This document shows positions 1-14,324 of a stretch of DNA of 64,000 nt, one piece after another. The notes under the pieces were generated by a model. It made no database searches and was not told the origin of the DNA. It saw only the letters and a list, made by a program, of their open reading frames with translations. How positions within the stretch are numbered: the first letter of the stretch is position 1; each line of letters opens with the position of its first letter. Origin of the DNA: Tubiluchus corallicola (Eukaryota; Animalia; Priapulida); NCBI GenBank assembly GCA_030141605.1, contig JAQGDQ010000014.1, forward strand, positions 1,364,001-1,428,000, written 5' to 3'. Position numbers and translations under genes: made by a program.

Positions 1-676
1 ATACCGTGTTTTTCGGTTTTCAGCAGAAAGAAATTATGTTCTTGGCAGGCTGCCAACTTTTGACCTTTTCTCCGCAGTGTGGTAACTGTTTGGCTTATTC
101 AAAATATGTAAACATTATTTTTAAATAATACACACCTAACAAATAAGAATGACACTTATAATTTTGGGAGACCAAGAAGCTTTCCATAATTGTGTAGGCC
201 ACCTAGTAGTTAAATAACCTAGTGAAACAAATAATAAAAACATTAAAAGTCTGCATAGATATTAATTAAAAATAATTAACTATTACTCACGCACACGCAT
301 GCCTCACTAGCGTCTTTATTCGCACTGCAAAAAATTGCACAGTATCTTTTATGCACAATTTTTAAGAAAAGTGTAACTTAAAAAAGGCATTAGGAATTAG
401 CTCCGTGTTAATCAACTTTTCATGGATGTATTCCATTGGTGTAACATGTATAAATTTCGCGTGATAGGTATGTAGTTATTTATGAGATGTATAACTGTAA
501 TATCTACATTGTATTACCTTTCCTTGTTTTGATCTTAAGTACTGTACTAATTTTTATGTATATATTTGCTTGTTAGTGTCTATTAATCCTGTAATTGTAA
601 TTTTATTGTTTTCTACATAATTTTGTACTTTTTTATAATTTTAATGTGAACTATATGTTCGAATTAAATGGTGTTT

Positions 677-713
677 TGTGCGTGTGTGTGTATGTGTGTG
701 TGTGTGTGTTTGT
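677..713. repeat. (GT)n microsatellite
   Basis: Directly visible. Confidence 0.95.
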
Positions 714-3700
714 GCTTGTCATAATATTGTCTCTAGGTCACAGTGCCTTAATAAATTTCACAATAATGATAAATAATCACAAATAAAAAGTTAAATAAAT
801 AAAATTTCTAATCTGGCATGCGAGTGGTATTATACTTTCCATTATATAGTGTCCTTTACCTTCTTAGCTGCCGTATTGCTGATTGATGGCAATGATAAAT
901 CTTATGATTGTCTCTTGACGTTCACGTATCGATCAGGCTTTCAATTCATTAGTTCCTGGCACCTGCCACTTGGAATTGTGAGTAATCTAGCGTTGAAAAT
1001 AGGGTCTAAATTATCCAATTGGCGAAAATGCTATGACTGCAGCTGAGGCAGATTATGTCGTCGAACGTTACAAAACCACGAAGTTTGCACAGCAAAAAAT
1101 ACAATTTTAACTATTTTAGGACAAGTTTTGGTATATGCAGGTAGGTGGTTTGTGTTAAGTTCAAACACCCTTTTGTCTTGCAGTCATAGCGAACGCACAA
1201 AGTGTCCGGAAATCTGCTAAATTTCAACAGCAGCTACCTTACTGGCAAACCAAAGATGCAAAGATGCAAAAATACTCAATGCATTGTTGGAACAAGTGTT
1301 CCATAATAATAATATTTATAACATGTACCAGCATAATACTATTTTTGGAATAATGACTCCTCTGCTTGGTTACCCAGACTAGACTAACTTCACTTGAATA
1401 ACGAAATCTACCGTTCCCATTTAAAAAGGCCCCTGGTGAAACGTGGAGTGCTAAACCAGACCACTCGTCAAAGACGTAAACCTGACCCGCAACCAATGTG
1501 ACTCAAGTGTCAAGCTCAACTCCAAAACGCATATTTTATTTCTAAAATCACAATGTTTCGGCTGTTTCTCCTGCCATTTTCAAGAGCCTGAAAATTTTAA
1601 AAGGACTATCAGCTACATTAACCAAAAATATTTTAATGTGTAAAATAAATTATTACTTCGTTGAATGCTGATTATAAGAAAAAATAACTAGTGGACGTTT
1701 TTGACTGTATCAAAAACTGTGGCAAGAATCTGCTTCTGTGACAGGAGATGCTTTATGTGAGAGCTTTTGTTTTCAAAATAAAAAATGTTTTTCAAAATAG
1801 TTAATATCGTATAAATGTATGCAAGTACTGTTGTGATTGACATTAAAGGCTTCAGTGAATTTTAAACTTGTGGCTTTTACACCAGTGATCCGCAACTCAA
1901 GGCAGTCTGAACTTGAAACTTTTTCACCAGTGGTCCGTAACTGAAGGCTGTGAAGGGCATAATATTACTCCCGTCGAATTCGCCATGTTCGAAAACTTTG
2001 GAATTGCATTTCGTTTTAGTTAAATGGAAAGTATAATATTTTGACTTAGTCACCAGTCCAATTCTTGTGTTGCTCTTCTTTGTAAGCACTCAACGTGGTC
2101 ACGCAGGTAATTTCTTCACAAGTTATTAGCGAGTTTCAGAATATTACAAGATAATTCATTTTACCATAAATAGCATTATATTTTACCATTCAAGCCAAAT
2201 TTAGGGAAAACAATTTTAATTTTGAAAACTAGCTAAACCTGACACAAGCATTTTGCATATCACCAAAACAATGAGAAAGAAAAAGGAGGTAAAAACGTAC
2301 AAAACAAAAAGTTTTAGTGGGAACGAAACTCACAATTTTCAGCAAACTTTACCACTAAGCTGTAAGAGATTTGCACGAACTTATTTGCTTAACAACCTTT
2401 ATAGCGGCGACGCTGGGAAAACATTGTGTGATGTTAGGGGTTTATTCAAATAATTTTTAATTATTAGCAGGGACTCTGAATATTTAAACTTTGTTAGCGA
2501 AATTTTATCAATAACTGTTCTTTTGTTTCTAAGTCGCATGCGTTGCTCTGACACAGGGCACTGAAGTTTTCAGAAGCAACCTGTTGCCCAGTTTTGTGTG
2601 CGTAGGCCCTGATGGCAGAAAATGGAGGGCTACTCCCAATTCGGCTCAGTGTTCTCACCTTTTCATAGTTTTCACAGGTTATCAACAAGAAACCGAAAAT
2701 GGACTCTTTTCTTGATCTTTTTTCTGAGCTTTTCTCTTCTTGATTAGGAATTGATTCAAACAAACTTCTGATGCGTGTCAGCCTGACAACCGATGCGAAA
2801 TTGATGATTTTGCTTTACCATACAGGATGAAAGAGCCGGGCTACCTTTTGGAGAGTTACAAAATGGAAAAATGAAAACTAACATCCATGAGAAAAGAACA
2901 AGCCACAGGACCAATCAAATTTACACAACAATCATTATTCACCTTGTGCTCTGACTGATTTCCTTCTGCCTCCTTATGTAGTCAGTACCAAAACCACTGA
3001 CTATCAAAACCAAAATAATAGTATGAACATATATAACACATTTAGCTCTGACAGATCAGATCCCAGACAGACCAGACCAAGGCAGAGTCATACCGTATCA
3101 AGAAAAGAAAGAAACTGACCCACCCAATAATTAGGCTGCGAGAAGACCTAAGCATACATCACACGTATAACAGCCATACATGCACGACCTACAGTAATAA
3201 GTTGATACACAAGGGCAGAGATAGTTGATACACAAGGGCAGAGATTTCGAACGATGTAGAAACCATCGTTTACGAAGTGTTACTCATGAGGTGATTCTAA
3301 CTAGGCTAAGATGCTACCTAATTCATTCAGATACCGAATTTTCTGTTGGCTTGGTACATTTTTGTTAACTTGTTTGGTAAGAGCCCAATAACTGGTAATG
3401 TAATTACACATATTGTATGCATAATTGTACTTGCTTTCTGTTTGACAATATGTTGATTTACACTGCATTCATAAGTTTAATAGTTTTGCTTCTAATTTTC
3501 GCAAACAACTTACAGTTGACAATTCAATGATTGTCTTTCCAGATATGGGACAAATGCCCCCAACGCGAACTTAAATCCTTGGAGATTAAATTAGCAAAAC
3601 TCGTTATCTTGACAAATTATTACTTAGCGAGTTCTGCCTGAATATTCCTGAACCATGCATGTACATGTTTTCCTGTTTAGCTGCTCACGCGCATGGGGTA

Positions 3701-6003
3701 CATGTGAATTGCGATTTAGATTTCAGACGTTGACTTTAAATGGTCTGACATAAATAGCGACACAATAGTTTTATACCAACGCTCTATCACAATATGCATA
3801 CACCTGTACGATGGACTGTTACATAGTGCATCATTCTTACATAATGATTGTGTTACATAATGATAATGACGAATTTTGTGATTTGCTACGTAATGCAACA
3901 CTTTTACATAATGAGCCTTTTGTTACATAATGAACTTTAGCATCCGGATCATGCGAGACGATATGAAAGAGCAAATTTTAAATTCATTATGAACAATGAA
4001 ATGGAAATATCTTGAAGCTGGTGGTAAAGATTTTTGCTTAGTAAATTTGGCTCCATCGGCACGCAGTTATTATACCCAATTCGACCGAAAATTTACCAAG
4101 GCAATTCTGGGTCTTCGTTTATCAAAGGCAGACAGAAAAAAATCCATAACCAGTGTCATAATCGCTAAAAAATTGAAACTACTCATAAATTTCGCAGCTG
4201 CGCGTAAATTCTATGCTAAATTGTTTGTACGCTGCATTTTCCTAGAAGCTTTCACCATAAATCTAAAGCAAAGAAATGCTTTATGGCGTTGCCATAAAGC
4301 TCTGCAATTTATCCCTTCAGAATTTTCATTTAATTTTGGAATAAATTCATAAAAATATAGGGTTACAACAGATTTAGCAAGGCAACTTGGCAAGGCACTG
4401 AAACTTGGTTAAACCATACTAATCCTATCTTCTCTAAAAGTCAGCTAGAAGCAATGTAAACAGAAAAAAGCTGTATGCTCATCACAATATCAGCCAGGTC
4501 CAGTACCGAAATCTCAGGAATTACCTATACCACCAAAAAGGATAGCTCGCACTTGGTATTTGGAAAAAGCAGTTAGCACTACTTGGTAAATCAGTTTGTT
4601 CATTAATTTCCTGGTAATGCTAGAAACCTAGAACTTGGCAGCTAACAATAAGTGTTAAGTTTCTAGTAATGCTAGAACACTGCATTTAGCACTGTCTGAT
4701 AAATTAGTTTTATTATTTTCTTAGTTTATCTTCTAACACTGTTCTGTTCTTGGCTTGGCTCAAAACACAAACACTAAATGTGCCACAAAACTGCTGTCAT
4801 TTACTGTAGATTTTAAACTAACCAAAGGTAGTTGTAAAATGTATAATAAATTACAAGTTTGTTACTGACTCAATTTCACAGCACTTAAGATTATTATAAC
4901 CTTTTGTCGGCCTCTGACAATTTTCTTGTTTGTCTGCTCGCACTAGATGTTTGTATGGCGAATTTGACGTGAAATAAAGAAATAACTGACACTTTGAAAA
5001 CCTTGAAATATTCTTTTGCATTTTATATTAAATTTAAAGTGATCGTCCAATAAATCGGTTTTTAGAAAGTTGCATTACTGACATGAGGAGTGTGGGGGTC
5101 ACGTTTGCTTGGTTTTATGACATCCCGTTGTTGTTCTTATTCTAATTAAATGTTTATCCTAATAAAACTGACAGTCACCTTATCAATATAAATAGCTAAA
5201 CAAACCTACGACGATAGTCAAGCTAAAAAATAATTGCAAGATGATTTATGACAAATTAACTCCGTTATTCGTTGCTCGCGAAACACTGCTTTATAATTTA
5301 CACGTTTTACTAAATGCTAAAAGTTTTGCTACAAATATTATCTGAATAACTGTACTGTACCTATATAAAGCTCAACCACCAGTGAAGCTTTCCGGGCTTA
5401 CGCTATCGCCAATCAGCGCGGCTGCGCGTGCGTAAATTTAAACAAGAATCACTCAATTTGAACTAATCATAACTAATTAAGTTATAAATTAATCTGCATG
5501 GTAATCTTTAGCAAACGACCTGCTCCACTAATCTGAAATATGTAATAAATTTGGCGACGTAATACCAACTGTCTCGTTAATATTAATTTGAAAATTGAAA
5601 CTTGAAAACTGTTACACGGTACGCCGCGACAGACCACACAGCAAGGTGACCTTTATCAATACAGGCTAAGCAATAATCAATCCCCTTAAGCAAACAGTTT
5701 TTTATATTGACGAGAAGCCAGCTCGCTACGCGGTGTAATAAATTTGGTTTATCAAAAGTAAAATTAGTATGTGGCGCCTTTGTAGGCTTCTACCTTGATT
5801 CCTGCAGTTAAATTAATCAGTGGAATAGAATACCAATTTACCAAGATTACCACTTCGATAACTACTGAAAAAGCAAGATTTATGAGCGAATTGTAAACTA
5901 TAAAAAAGAAGAATTATCTCGAAGAAGAATTTCTAAAAATACACTAAACGTAAAGGATGCTCGCTATACATTTACACATAGTCATTTCATATGATCCGAG
6001 TAA

Positions 6004-6200
6004 GGCCTATTTCACAGTGAGAGCGCAAAGAAAAATGATGCAAAAAATTGCTGTCAAAAAATCAGAAAATTTTCTGAAAATTTCCGATTTTTCTCGATAT
6101 CCCATGCAGCAAGAAAGTTCGTTTCACAGCGAAACCGCACAGTTTTTTCCGCGCATCCAGTTACCTGCAGCTACTTTGCAAGTTTTATACTGCATAATTA
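6004..6200 (+). mobile_element. Same MITE family, truncated copy (left ~200 bp)
   Basis: Starts taa|GGCCTATTTCACAGTG and shares AAAAAATCAGAAAATTT, GCAAGAAAGTTC and GCAGCTACTTTGC blocks with the other copies. Confidence 0.75.
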
Positions 6201-6876
6201 TATCTAAATTTTAGTTATACTTCCGAAACATTTTATGTGATGATTTTGCATTGTAAATTTCAGGCAAGGTATTTATTCAATATGTATTTTACATTTTTAG
6301 TTAGTAATTTTATCTTAAAACTGTCAGAGGATAAAATTGTGAAAACACAGCTAGTGGATTCTTGGGTGTGTTCAACGAGAAAAAGACTGGACAGCATGAC
6401 AGGGCTTGTTGGTTTGCTCAGTGCATTGAAATCATAATTGTTTCATTAATTTGCACAAAAGTCATGAGGTGTGTATGTCATCACTACTGCGCGCTTAAGA
6501 AATTGTAGGCTAGCCTATATGAGTTAGTGCGGCTTTAGTTGAAATGTTTTTGTGAGTTAAAATAGTAATACCTGTACTAAAATAATTATTATCATTGCAG
6601 AAATACTAGCTTCCAGCCTAGGCTAAACATAGTTTTCATGATATTTAAGCCTAATCGTTACCTTCGATTACTGTACGTATTAGCCCAGAAAGTTGTGGCT
6701 ACCAGCTCACCAAAAGATCACAGATTTTATTCGAGGGAGTACCTTAGACATTTTGACCGTACAAGTCATATAGTTTCCATATGGGGTAGAATCTCATTCG
6801 ATTGCTTGATGTTGTTTATATGCTTTTCATGTTCTTTTATGTGCTTTTTTACTTTTTCTTGTACTTTTGTGCCCAA

Positions 6877-6951
6877 ATAACATAACATAACATAACGCAG
6901 TGCAATGCAATATAACATAACATAACATAACGCAATGCAATGCAATGCAAT
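6877..6951. repeat. Compound pentanucleotide repeat (ACATA)n/(GCAAT)n
   Basis: Directly visible. Confidence 0.9.
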
Positions 6952-7269
6952 TAGTACAATAACCTTCAGATTTCGTATTAATATTAGCGTCTAAAAATGC
7001 TTGAAGGCAAAAAGCAGCCAGTCAATTAATTTTTTTTAAAAGCAACAATAAAGCAGCTTAAGGAAAAATGCGATAGGGTGTCAAAATATAATTTAGACAT
7101 TGATGTTAACACAAGTTGTATTTAAAAACTGAAAAAGCAAAATTGTACAAGCAAAAATAGATGTCACTGGTAACTCTAGTGCATTTAACGCATAAGTTCA
7201 TAGTTCATAAGTTCATAAGTTTATTTATTTCCACACTGCATCATACAATTATCATTAAAATACAGATAA

Positions 7270-7905
7270 TTATCCATCAAAGCAAATATAGATACAATTT
7301 TCGTTGTAAAACTCTTAAGCATTCTAAATTTGTAGTATAAGTAAAGCCCCATAATGTTGTGCAGTAATTTAAATATGATAATGTTAAACTGTTATATAAT
7401 GTTAAAAGATGTTTGGTGTTCAGGAAGTTTTTAATATATGACACAATACCTATATTTTTTGATGTTTTCAGTCTGATCACGCATATATGAGGTCGCCAGT
7501 CTGTAGATGCTCATTTAGGATTAATCCCAGAAATTTCAGTTCTTTTACGCATGTAATATTTTTATGGTCTATTATTAAATCATGGTTCATCTGAATTAGT
7601 GTATTTCGGGATCTAAACAGAATGTAGTTTATTTTTTGATGGATTTAGTGACAGTTTACTGTTTTGAACCATATAGCTAGATCAGATAGAACTGTATTCA
7701 TGTAGCCAATGTTGTTTTCTAAATCATGAAAGCTAAAAAAGATGCTTGTATCATTAGCAAACTGAAATAAATTATGATTTTTAACATAAAATTTTATGTC
7801 ATTAATATAAATCAGAAAAAGTAGTGGCCCAAGGCTTGTGCCTTGTGGCACACCACATTTGACTGGTGCTACACCTGAAAAAGCACTGTTATATTTTACT
7901 GTCTG
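7270..7905 (-). mobile_element. Decayed CR1/L2-type LINE reverse transcriptase fragment
   Basis: CGVPQGTSLGPLLFLIYINDI, FANDT (FADDT-like) and LYNSLTLSYLNYCTTLWG, with frameshifts. Confidence 0.85.
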
Positions 7906-9444
7906 AGTGAGCTCAGACAGTAATGCTACTGTATCAGAACTTTTCTCTTTGAATTTATACAAATTACCTGAAACTATACACTACCAGACATTCCTGCGTA
8001 CAGATGTCCAAAATAGGGGGATGCCACAAATCAATTACCTTCAAACTTCATTAATGAATGAATGAATTATTAATGAAATATGTGTTAACTAGTGTGTGAG
8101 TTTTATTTGCACCTTCTCTAGATGTCTTTTATGTTATTTTTCTATTAACTGTGAGTATTTTCATCATAAATATTTTTGTAGTCCGTTTTTAACTTTTTTA
8201 TGTGCCGTGTAATTCTGAATTCATGTGCGAATAAAGATAATATACATAGACTTTTCCTTGCGGAACAATATTCTATTATAGGTGAGATACTTTAAAGCAA
8301 ATGAAATTATGCACTATGCATTTGAACCATATAATTGACAATAAATGTGAAACTATGAACTCCTGACAGCATGCAAAGAAATTTAAAAAATGAACACGCT
8401 TCAACATCTGTGTCTTGAAAGCAAGCGGTACACCAGTACTCAAGTTAGCAAGAATGTTTCTGCCTTGTTTTACAACATGTGCAGCACAAGCTCTTGACAA
8501 GTGCGTAGAGAAAAACACTGAAGAGTTTTTTAAGGAAGAGCAACTAAAAGGGGCCACAATTAAATGCTTTCACAACAGGAGTTGGCGAATTTTTTAGCAC
8601 TTTTTAGAGTTTCGTTTCCTTTAACCTGCGTCCTTTAACCAAGATATCCAAAGGAAACCATAGTTACAGTTTAGATCGCTCGTGCTTTATAACGTGTTTG
8701 CTGCACAATATTGTACAACGCAAATTTATATACATCTCATTATCGGATTATGTTTAGATTACTTATTTATCGTCACATGGCTTCATTACATATGCTGCGT
8801 ATGTATGGTGAATAAAATACATACAGAATGACTCACAGAACCCTTCAGCTCCAAACTTTAGCGGTTACAAAACTAACCTTATTTGACATTGAAAAACTGA
8901 GTGACCATTAGTTCTAGATCCGCAAGAGGAAAATGTTTTTCTTCTGAACAATACAGCATTGTCGTTATAAGCTGAAATATTCACAATTCATGCACCAGTA
9001 TTGGCAAAACATGCTACTCAAGCAGTAATAATGCAAATCTTGCTGCAGAGAAAGAAATTGACCTTTACACAGGGCTTTTGATCAAACACAAAAGCAAGCG
9101 ATTTGCGTAATGCAAACAAACATTGAAAACATTACAAACTTAATGCCATAAGTTTGGGAATAGTGTAATGGGTACGGCGCGTCCTTATAGCGGCCGAATT
9201 TAAGCAACGCCTAATGAAGAAGAAAAGTATCAAGTTCCTTGCTTACCGGCGTGTGGATACTTTTAAGTTTAAAAATTCAACAATAATGTTACAAGCGTAA
9301 GCTGTGAGTTTGATTTTTGATTGGTAGATTTCACAACAGATTAGTAGATTTTATCACAAACTTCACATTAAACAATGTCTTTTATGTTTGCAAGTGTCAC
9401 GGACCCCATCATGCACCTCCACCTCTGTACACTCTGCTGAGGTA

Positions 9445-9775
9445 CCGGTAGGGCGGTATGCAGTGACACACTATGCTGCAATACGCGATGAGGCGGTACA
9501 TGGCTCAGTGATCCACTATGCCGCAAGACCCACAATACCTGGTAAGGCGGTACGTGGCTTAATGATGCATTTTGCCACAACACCCCCGTGAGGTGCTCCC
9601 CGACTCAGCGACACACTCAGCCGCAATATCCCGTGAGGTGGTACGCGGCTCAGTGATACACTCTGCCGCAATACGCGGTGAGGTGGTACGCGGCTCGGTG
9701 ATAAACTCTGCTGCAATATCCGGTGAGGCGCCACACGACTGTGATGCATGCTGTCACAATACCCAGTGTGGCGAT
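9445..9775. repeat. GC-rich minisatellite, 45-bp unit, ~7 degenerate copies
   Basis: GTGAGG recurs at 9588, 9633, 9678 and 9723. Consensus GTGAGGTGGTACGCGGCTCAGTGATACACTCTGCCGCAATACGCG. Confidence 0.85.
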
Positions 9776-11449
9776 GCACCCCGTCAGTGTCTCCACACGG
9801 GAAACTTAACACCCTTTAAGCTTCTAGTGCAATGAACATATATTTTAGTGTGATATGGCAACAAACAAAATCCAAAGGTAAACCCACTCACAACATTTTA
9901 AATTTGAAAGTAACTGCATTAAGCTTAAACAATTTCAAATCAGGAAAATTTTATCCAAATGAATTTATACAGGAGCTGTGCATATACAGTACATCGATGT
10001 GCATAAACAATTACCGTTTATTCTGGAAAAGGCAACAAACGAAAAATAAAGAAGCTCACTGGATTTCGGTGGTAAAAATGTAAGACAGCTGATAGACGAC
10101 AAAAGGCCCTTGTTGAAAAAGTATAGCTTCTTTATCTGGCTCGAAAGATGCGTTTCACGCGTTGGCTATATGCACATGTGTGAGCGCACTGCTGAATGAA
10201 CGTGTGGCCAACATGTTCCACAGCCATTGACTGCTGACTATACGGCTTCCTCAGTGAAGTAAGCCAATAAAAATGGGTAGGTATATACATTCCACGTGTA
10301 ATAATAAATGTATTTTTTATTATATTCTACTGCCATTTTTTATGTTTGCTTGCAAGTAAGTAAGAATGAAATCGAAATAAATTATTGTACGCACACTTAA
10401 AGAACATTCCTCATTAAATAAATATAACAAGTCAAATCAAATCTAATACTGACACAGTGCAATGTTGTTAGTAATTATATATATATAAGGCCTTGTAAAG
10501 ACACCAGCCTTTTGTTTGAGTTATAAATTTGAATTTTTTTAAATTCGTGTTGCTTGAGTACCTAGAAGCTGCACGTCATACTGAAATCGTAACTTGTAAT
10601 TTTTTAACCCGTGATCAGTGGGTCGAAGATCAAACCAATATCATCCTAACTTATACTCTTTAATTTCATTGAGACTTTTCACTAGCGACAAGCTAGTTTC
10701 GATCGGAAAGGACTTCAGGCATTTGTCTTTTCTATCCCTACTTTGGCCCTAGCTGATCAGGCATCACCCAATTTCAGCATAATATACGATTTATACGATT
10801 TAACCTGCTTCATTGAGACCGTTCATATAAACCACACTGCTCCCAAAAGCCAAGTATGGTAGTAGTAATCAGGCAGAAGCACAGCAGAACTAGTTCTTGC
10901 TTGTAAATTCCTAGCAGAAAAAGCCATCTTTACCACCGATTACTCTGTTCATATAATACTGCTTGGTAAGTCCAAAGCATTTGGCACAGCGAAGAGGAAA
11001 TTATTGCTTAGCCATTTCACTGATGTACTGAAGACGAACTGAACGACTAGTACACTACTGCAAAATTTATTTATGAAAGTAGAATGTGATGGTACCTTCA
11101 GTTTAGAATTTTGCTTCCACAGGGCGAAAGCCTAAACCCTATTCTCTACATATTTTATATAGCAACCAGCTTGAAGGATACTATAGTTTAGTAAGTAAGT
11201 GACATCTTTATTTGAACATAATATATTGAGAATCATAACAAAATATTAAGATGGTCAATCAGTGATAGTTAAAAAAACATTCACTGTTGGAGGCAAATGC
11301 GTCAGTGCAAAAACTAAACTACAGGTGCAAAAAGATGATAAAACATAACTTTAAACTTAAACTTTACATATTTTACATATTTAATAACTACCAGTAAAAT
11401 TAAGTCTATTAATATGGGTTGGGGTAAATGAATTCTGCATTAGTGTTCT

Positions 11450-12150
11450 CTCGTCACCTATTGCCAAAATATTTGAAAAACTTCTGTATGCATTGCTAGG
11501 CAACTTTCTCATTAAGCACAACATACTAAATATGAATCAATTTGGATTTAGAAAAAGTTATTCAACAGCTCTAGCAATATCAGAATTGCGTGATAGGATA
11601 AGATACAACCTAGATAAAAAATTACACGTTTGTAGAATATTTTTAGATCTCTCTAAGTCTTTCGAAACCGTACACCACAGTATATTGACTCACAAATTGG
11701 AACATTATGGCATTTGAGGTAATGCACTCAATTTCTTTAAATCGCACATAGATTCTCGTAGTCATTACACTGTAATAGCAGATGCGGACTCTAAATTAAC
11801 TAAAATTATATGTGGCACGCCACAAGGATCTATATTTGGACCTCGGCTTTTTTGATTTAAATAAATGACCTTCCACTAGCCTCAAATTTCAATACAAGAA
11901 TGTTTACTGATGACATCAATTTATTTATGGCCCACAAAAACATTAAAACTCTACAATAAATAATCAATACTGAAATAAAAAAATTGATGAATGGATGAAG
12001 CTAATTTATCATCGATTAATTATGGTAAAACTAAAAATATGATTACCACAACACAATCCTGCAAATCTGACGTGCAAAATTTTAAAATTAAAATGGTAAA
12101 CCATTATATTGATCAAACAGACCAAATTAAGTATCTTGGAATATTATAGT
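11450..12150 (+). mobile_element. Decayed CR1/L2-type LINE reverse transcriptase fragment
   Basis: NQFGFRKSYST, FLDLSKSFETVHHSIL, CGTPQGSIFGP, FTDD and KYLG motifs, with stops. Confidence 0.85.
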
Positions 12151-12327
12151 ATACATGGCCACATATAGCAATTAATCTAATTGTTAAGAATAAAAATTGT
12201 TAGATAAAGCAGTATTCATTTGGCTTGTGCAGTCATTGAAAATAAAAGATCAAGCTTGGACAGTAGTACGTCCGATAAGGCACGAAAATAGGGCGCTATC
12301 ACAAGGTCACACAAAAACGTCGAATTA

Positions 12328-12940
12328 GGCCCATTTCACAGTGACGACGCAAGGAAAAATGGCGCATGGAATTTCTGCCAAAAAATCAGAAAATTTCCGA
12401 TTTTTCTGGAAATCCCATGAAGCAAGAAAGTTCATTTCATAGTGAAACGGCACGGTTTCTCCGCGGGTCCAGTTAGCTGCAGCTACTTTGCGAGTTTTAT
12501 ACTGTATTATGTTTTGCTAGCCATATTTCTCATATTAACAGTACAATTGATAATGTTAGGCAATGTAATGTCAGTCCTGTTTGTTTTTTTAGTAAAGTTC
12601 TACTAGTCACTTCAAAATGTGAAAATATACATACATAAAATAAATATATGCGGGTGTTATTTTTCTTTTTCGCGAATATAGGTATCGATATTGCATTAAT
12701 AAAACGTAAAATTGTGAGTCTGTTAAAAGAGAGATTAAATCTTAGAATTTTATGCTGAGATGTGTTAATTGTTGTTCGTTAAATAGGAAAGGAGTATTTC
12801 AGCAGTTAAATTTAAGGCTGAATTTCGCGAAGATTCCTCACGAATGTGGAACATGCAATATTTCTACCACGCAGCAAAATTCCTCACGAGGAGGATACAT
12901 AGCTTTTAACTGGCGGCAGAATTCCTCAAAGGAATTTTGC
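12328..12940 (+). mobile_element. Same MITE family, near-full copy lacking the right TIR
   Basis: Starts tta|GGCCCATTTCACAGTG and is collinear with the 60148-60793 copy over ~600 bp. The TTA flank fits a Harbinger TWA target. Confidence 0.75.
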
Positions 12941-13432
12941 CATGCCTCCTTACTTTTATGGATATATCTAATTTTCCAGCATTCTTACTCAAAACACTAT
13001 CCAGTCATGTAGCTGCCTGCCATTTTACTATAGATAAAGATAAAATTTTCATTTTGGAGTAGATAAAAATTATAAAAGAACTATAAAGCAAGCAAGACAG
13101 CCGACTTCTTTAGAATTTGGCATGAACTGCTTGTTTACAAGAGAATTAACCAAGTGGTGAGAGAAGTGAATGAAAGCCAGTAAACTGTCAAGGTATACAA
13201 GAGTCCTAGAATAAGAGATCCTCAAGCTGTAACTTGGATGCATTATCATAATACATAATACTCCAGCGAGTGTTACTGTAACAGCCTTAATGTGTCCATA
13301 CTTCACTATAACAATAAATTTTACAATGGCCGCCTGAAACAAAACCAACCAAAAATAACGTTCTGATCTGAGCACCATGGCTTGACTCTAATTTTGTTAT
13401 CCAAGAGAAAAAGCATGAATTTCCAAACTTAC

Positions 13433-13515
13433 CCCCGGCATTGTTTTAATGTTGTGCAGTGCATTCTGTGCACCTAGCGCCGCCTTGCGGGTGTAGAATG
13501 TAACGAAGCAGCACC
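13433..13515 (-). CDS. CELF: CELF family protein, next coding exon (RNP1 and C-terminal half of RRM1), 83 nt
   Basis: tttgcag|GG TGC TGC TTC...CCG GGG|gtaagt translates (G)[27 protein letters not shown], nearly identical to CELF1/2. Its phase matches the upstream exon across an 8.2-kb intron. Not in the ORF track. Confidence 0.95.
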
Positions 13516-13800
13516 CTGCAAACACAAAGATGCGTTAAAACCTATGCAAGCAAAATCAAGAGCAACACGCAGCAGAAATTTTAAAATTTCATTGTAAATA
13601 ACAAAATTTTATTTAAGCCTCTAGGTAAAAGCGAATTTAGTTGTTGTCGTTGTCGTTGCCTGCAAAGCTTCCGCCTGCTAAATAGAATGCTACCTATGAA
13701 GACCAAATTAAAGCTCGCCAGCAGTTCAATCGACTTCCTGAGTCACGAAGGTCACATAAATACAAGCGAGCTACTGTATTTTTACAAAAAATATCAATTG

Positions 13801-14324
13801 TTATAGTTGCCCCGATAAAGTGGGTAACTCTAAAAAAACTACATCAATTTCGTCTGTCACCACTTTTTCTCGGCTTTGGAGTAATCTAGGAAATCGATAC
13901 TTCGCACACTGGTAGGGTCAAAATTCTGTAATATGCCCACCCCTCAGGTGTATGCGATCGATTAACACAAGGACAGCCGTGATTCATTAGCAGGGTCTCA
14001 GATAACAATAAATAAATAACGTACGTTAAATACACATGGTAAAAGAGTGGCTCTGTTTTTTTCAGTCACTTAGCATAGTGTTCTTTCAAGTTATCTGTGA
14101 CAATGCAGATTTTTAGTGAAAATACGCTTCGAGTATAACTTCTTTGTATCCGAATCTAACTTCAAATTCTATATTATAATATAATACTCTCTTGTAACTC
14201 TGGCCGAACTGAGTATAATTTTAAGTGGAAGTTACAATTCGCAGAAAATACATTTTTACATAGTCTCCACGTGTTCCGGATCTAATTGCGGCAACTACGC
14301 TCCTCTCCTGAGTGTTCTCTAGTT
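13801..14324 (+). mobile_element. Helentron-associated non-autonomous element (HINE/DINE-1-like)
   Basis: 5' subTIR TAGTTGCC (13804) with a nearby partial inverted copy GGGTAACT and a CGTCTGTC remnant. 3' subTIR GGCAACTA (14290-14297) is followed by a short hairpin CGCTC..GAGTG and terminal CTAGTTTT. Confidence 0.65.

Noticed and set aside
3200-3245. 23-bp direct duplication (and a ~70-bp diverged direct repeat at 18122/18371)
   Set aside because: Ordinary local duplications with no further structure.
1-13400. Further CELF exons (MHHPIQMKPAD / RRM2)
   Set aside because: Searched by eye on the minus strand and not found; they probably lie left of the window, though a short exon could have been missed.
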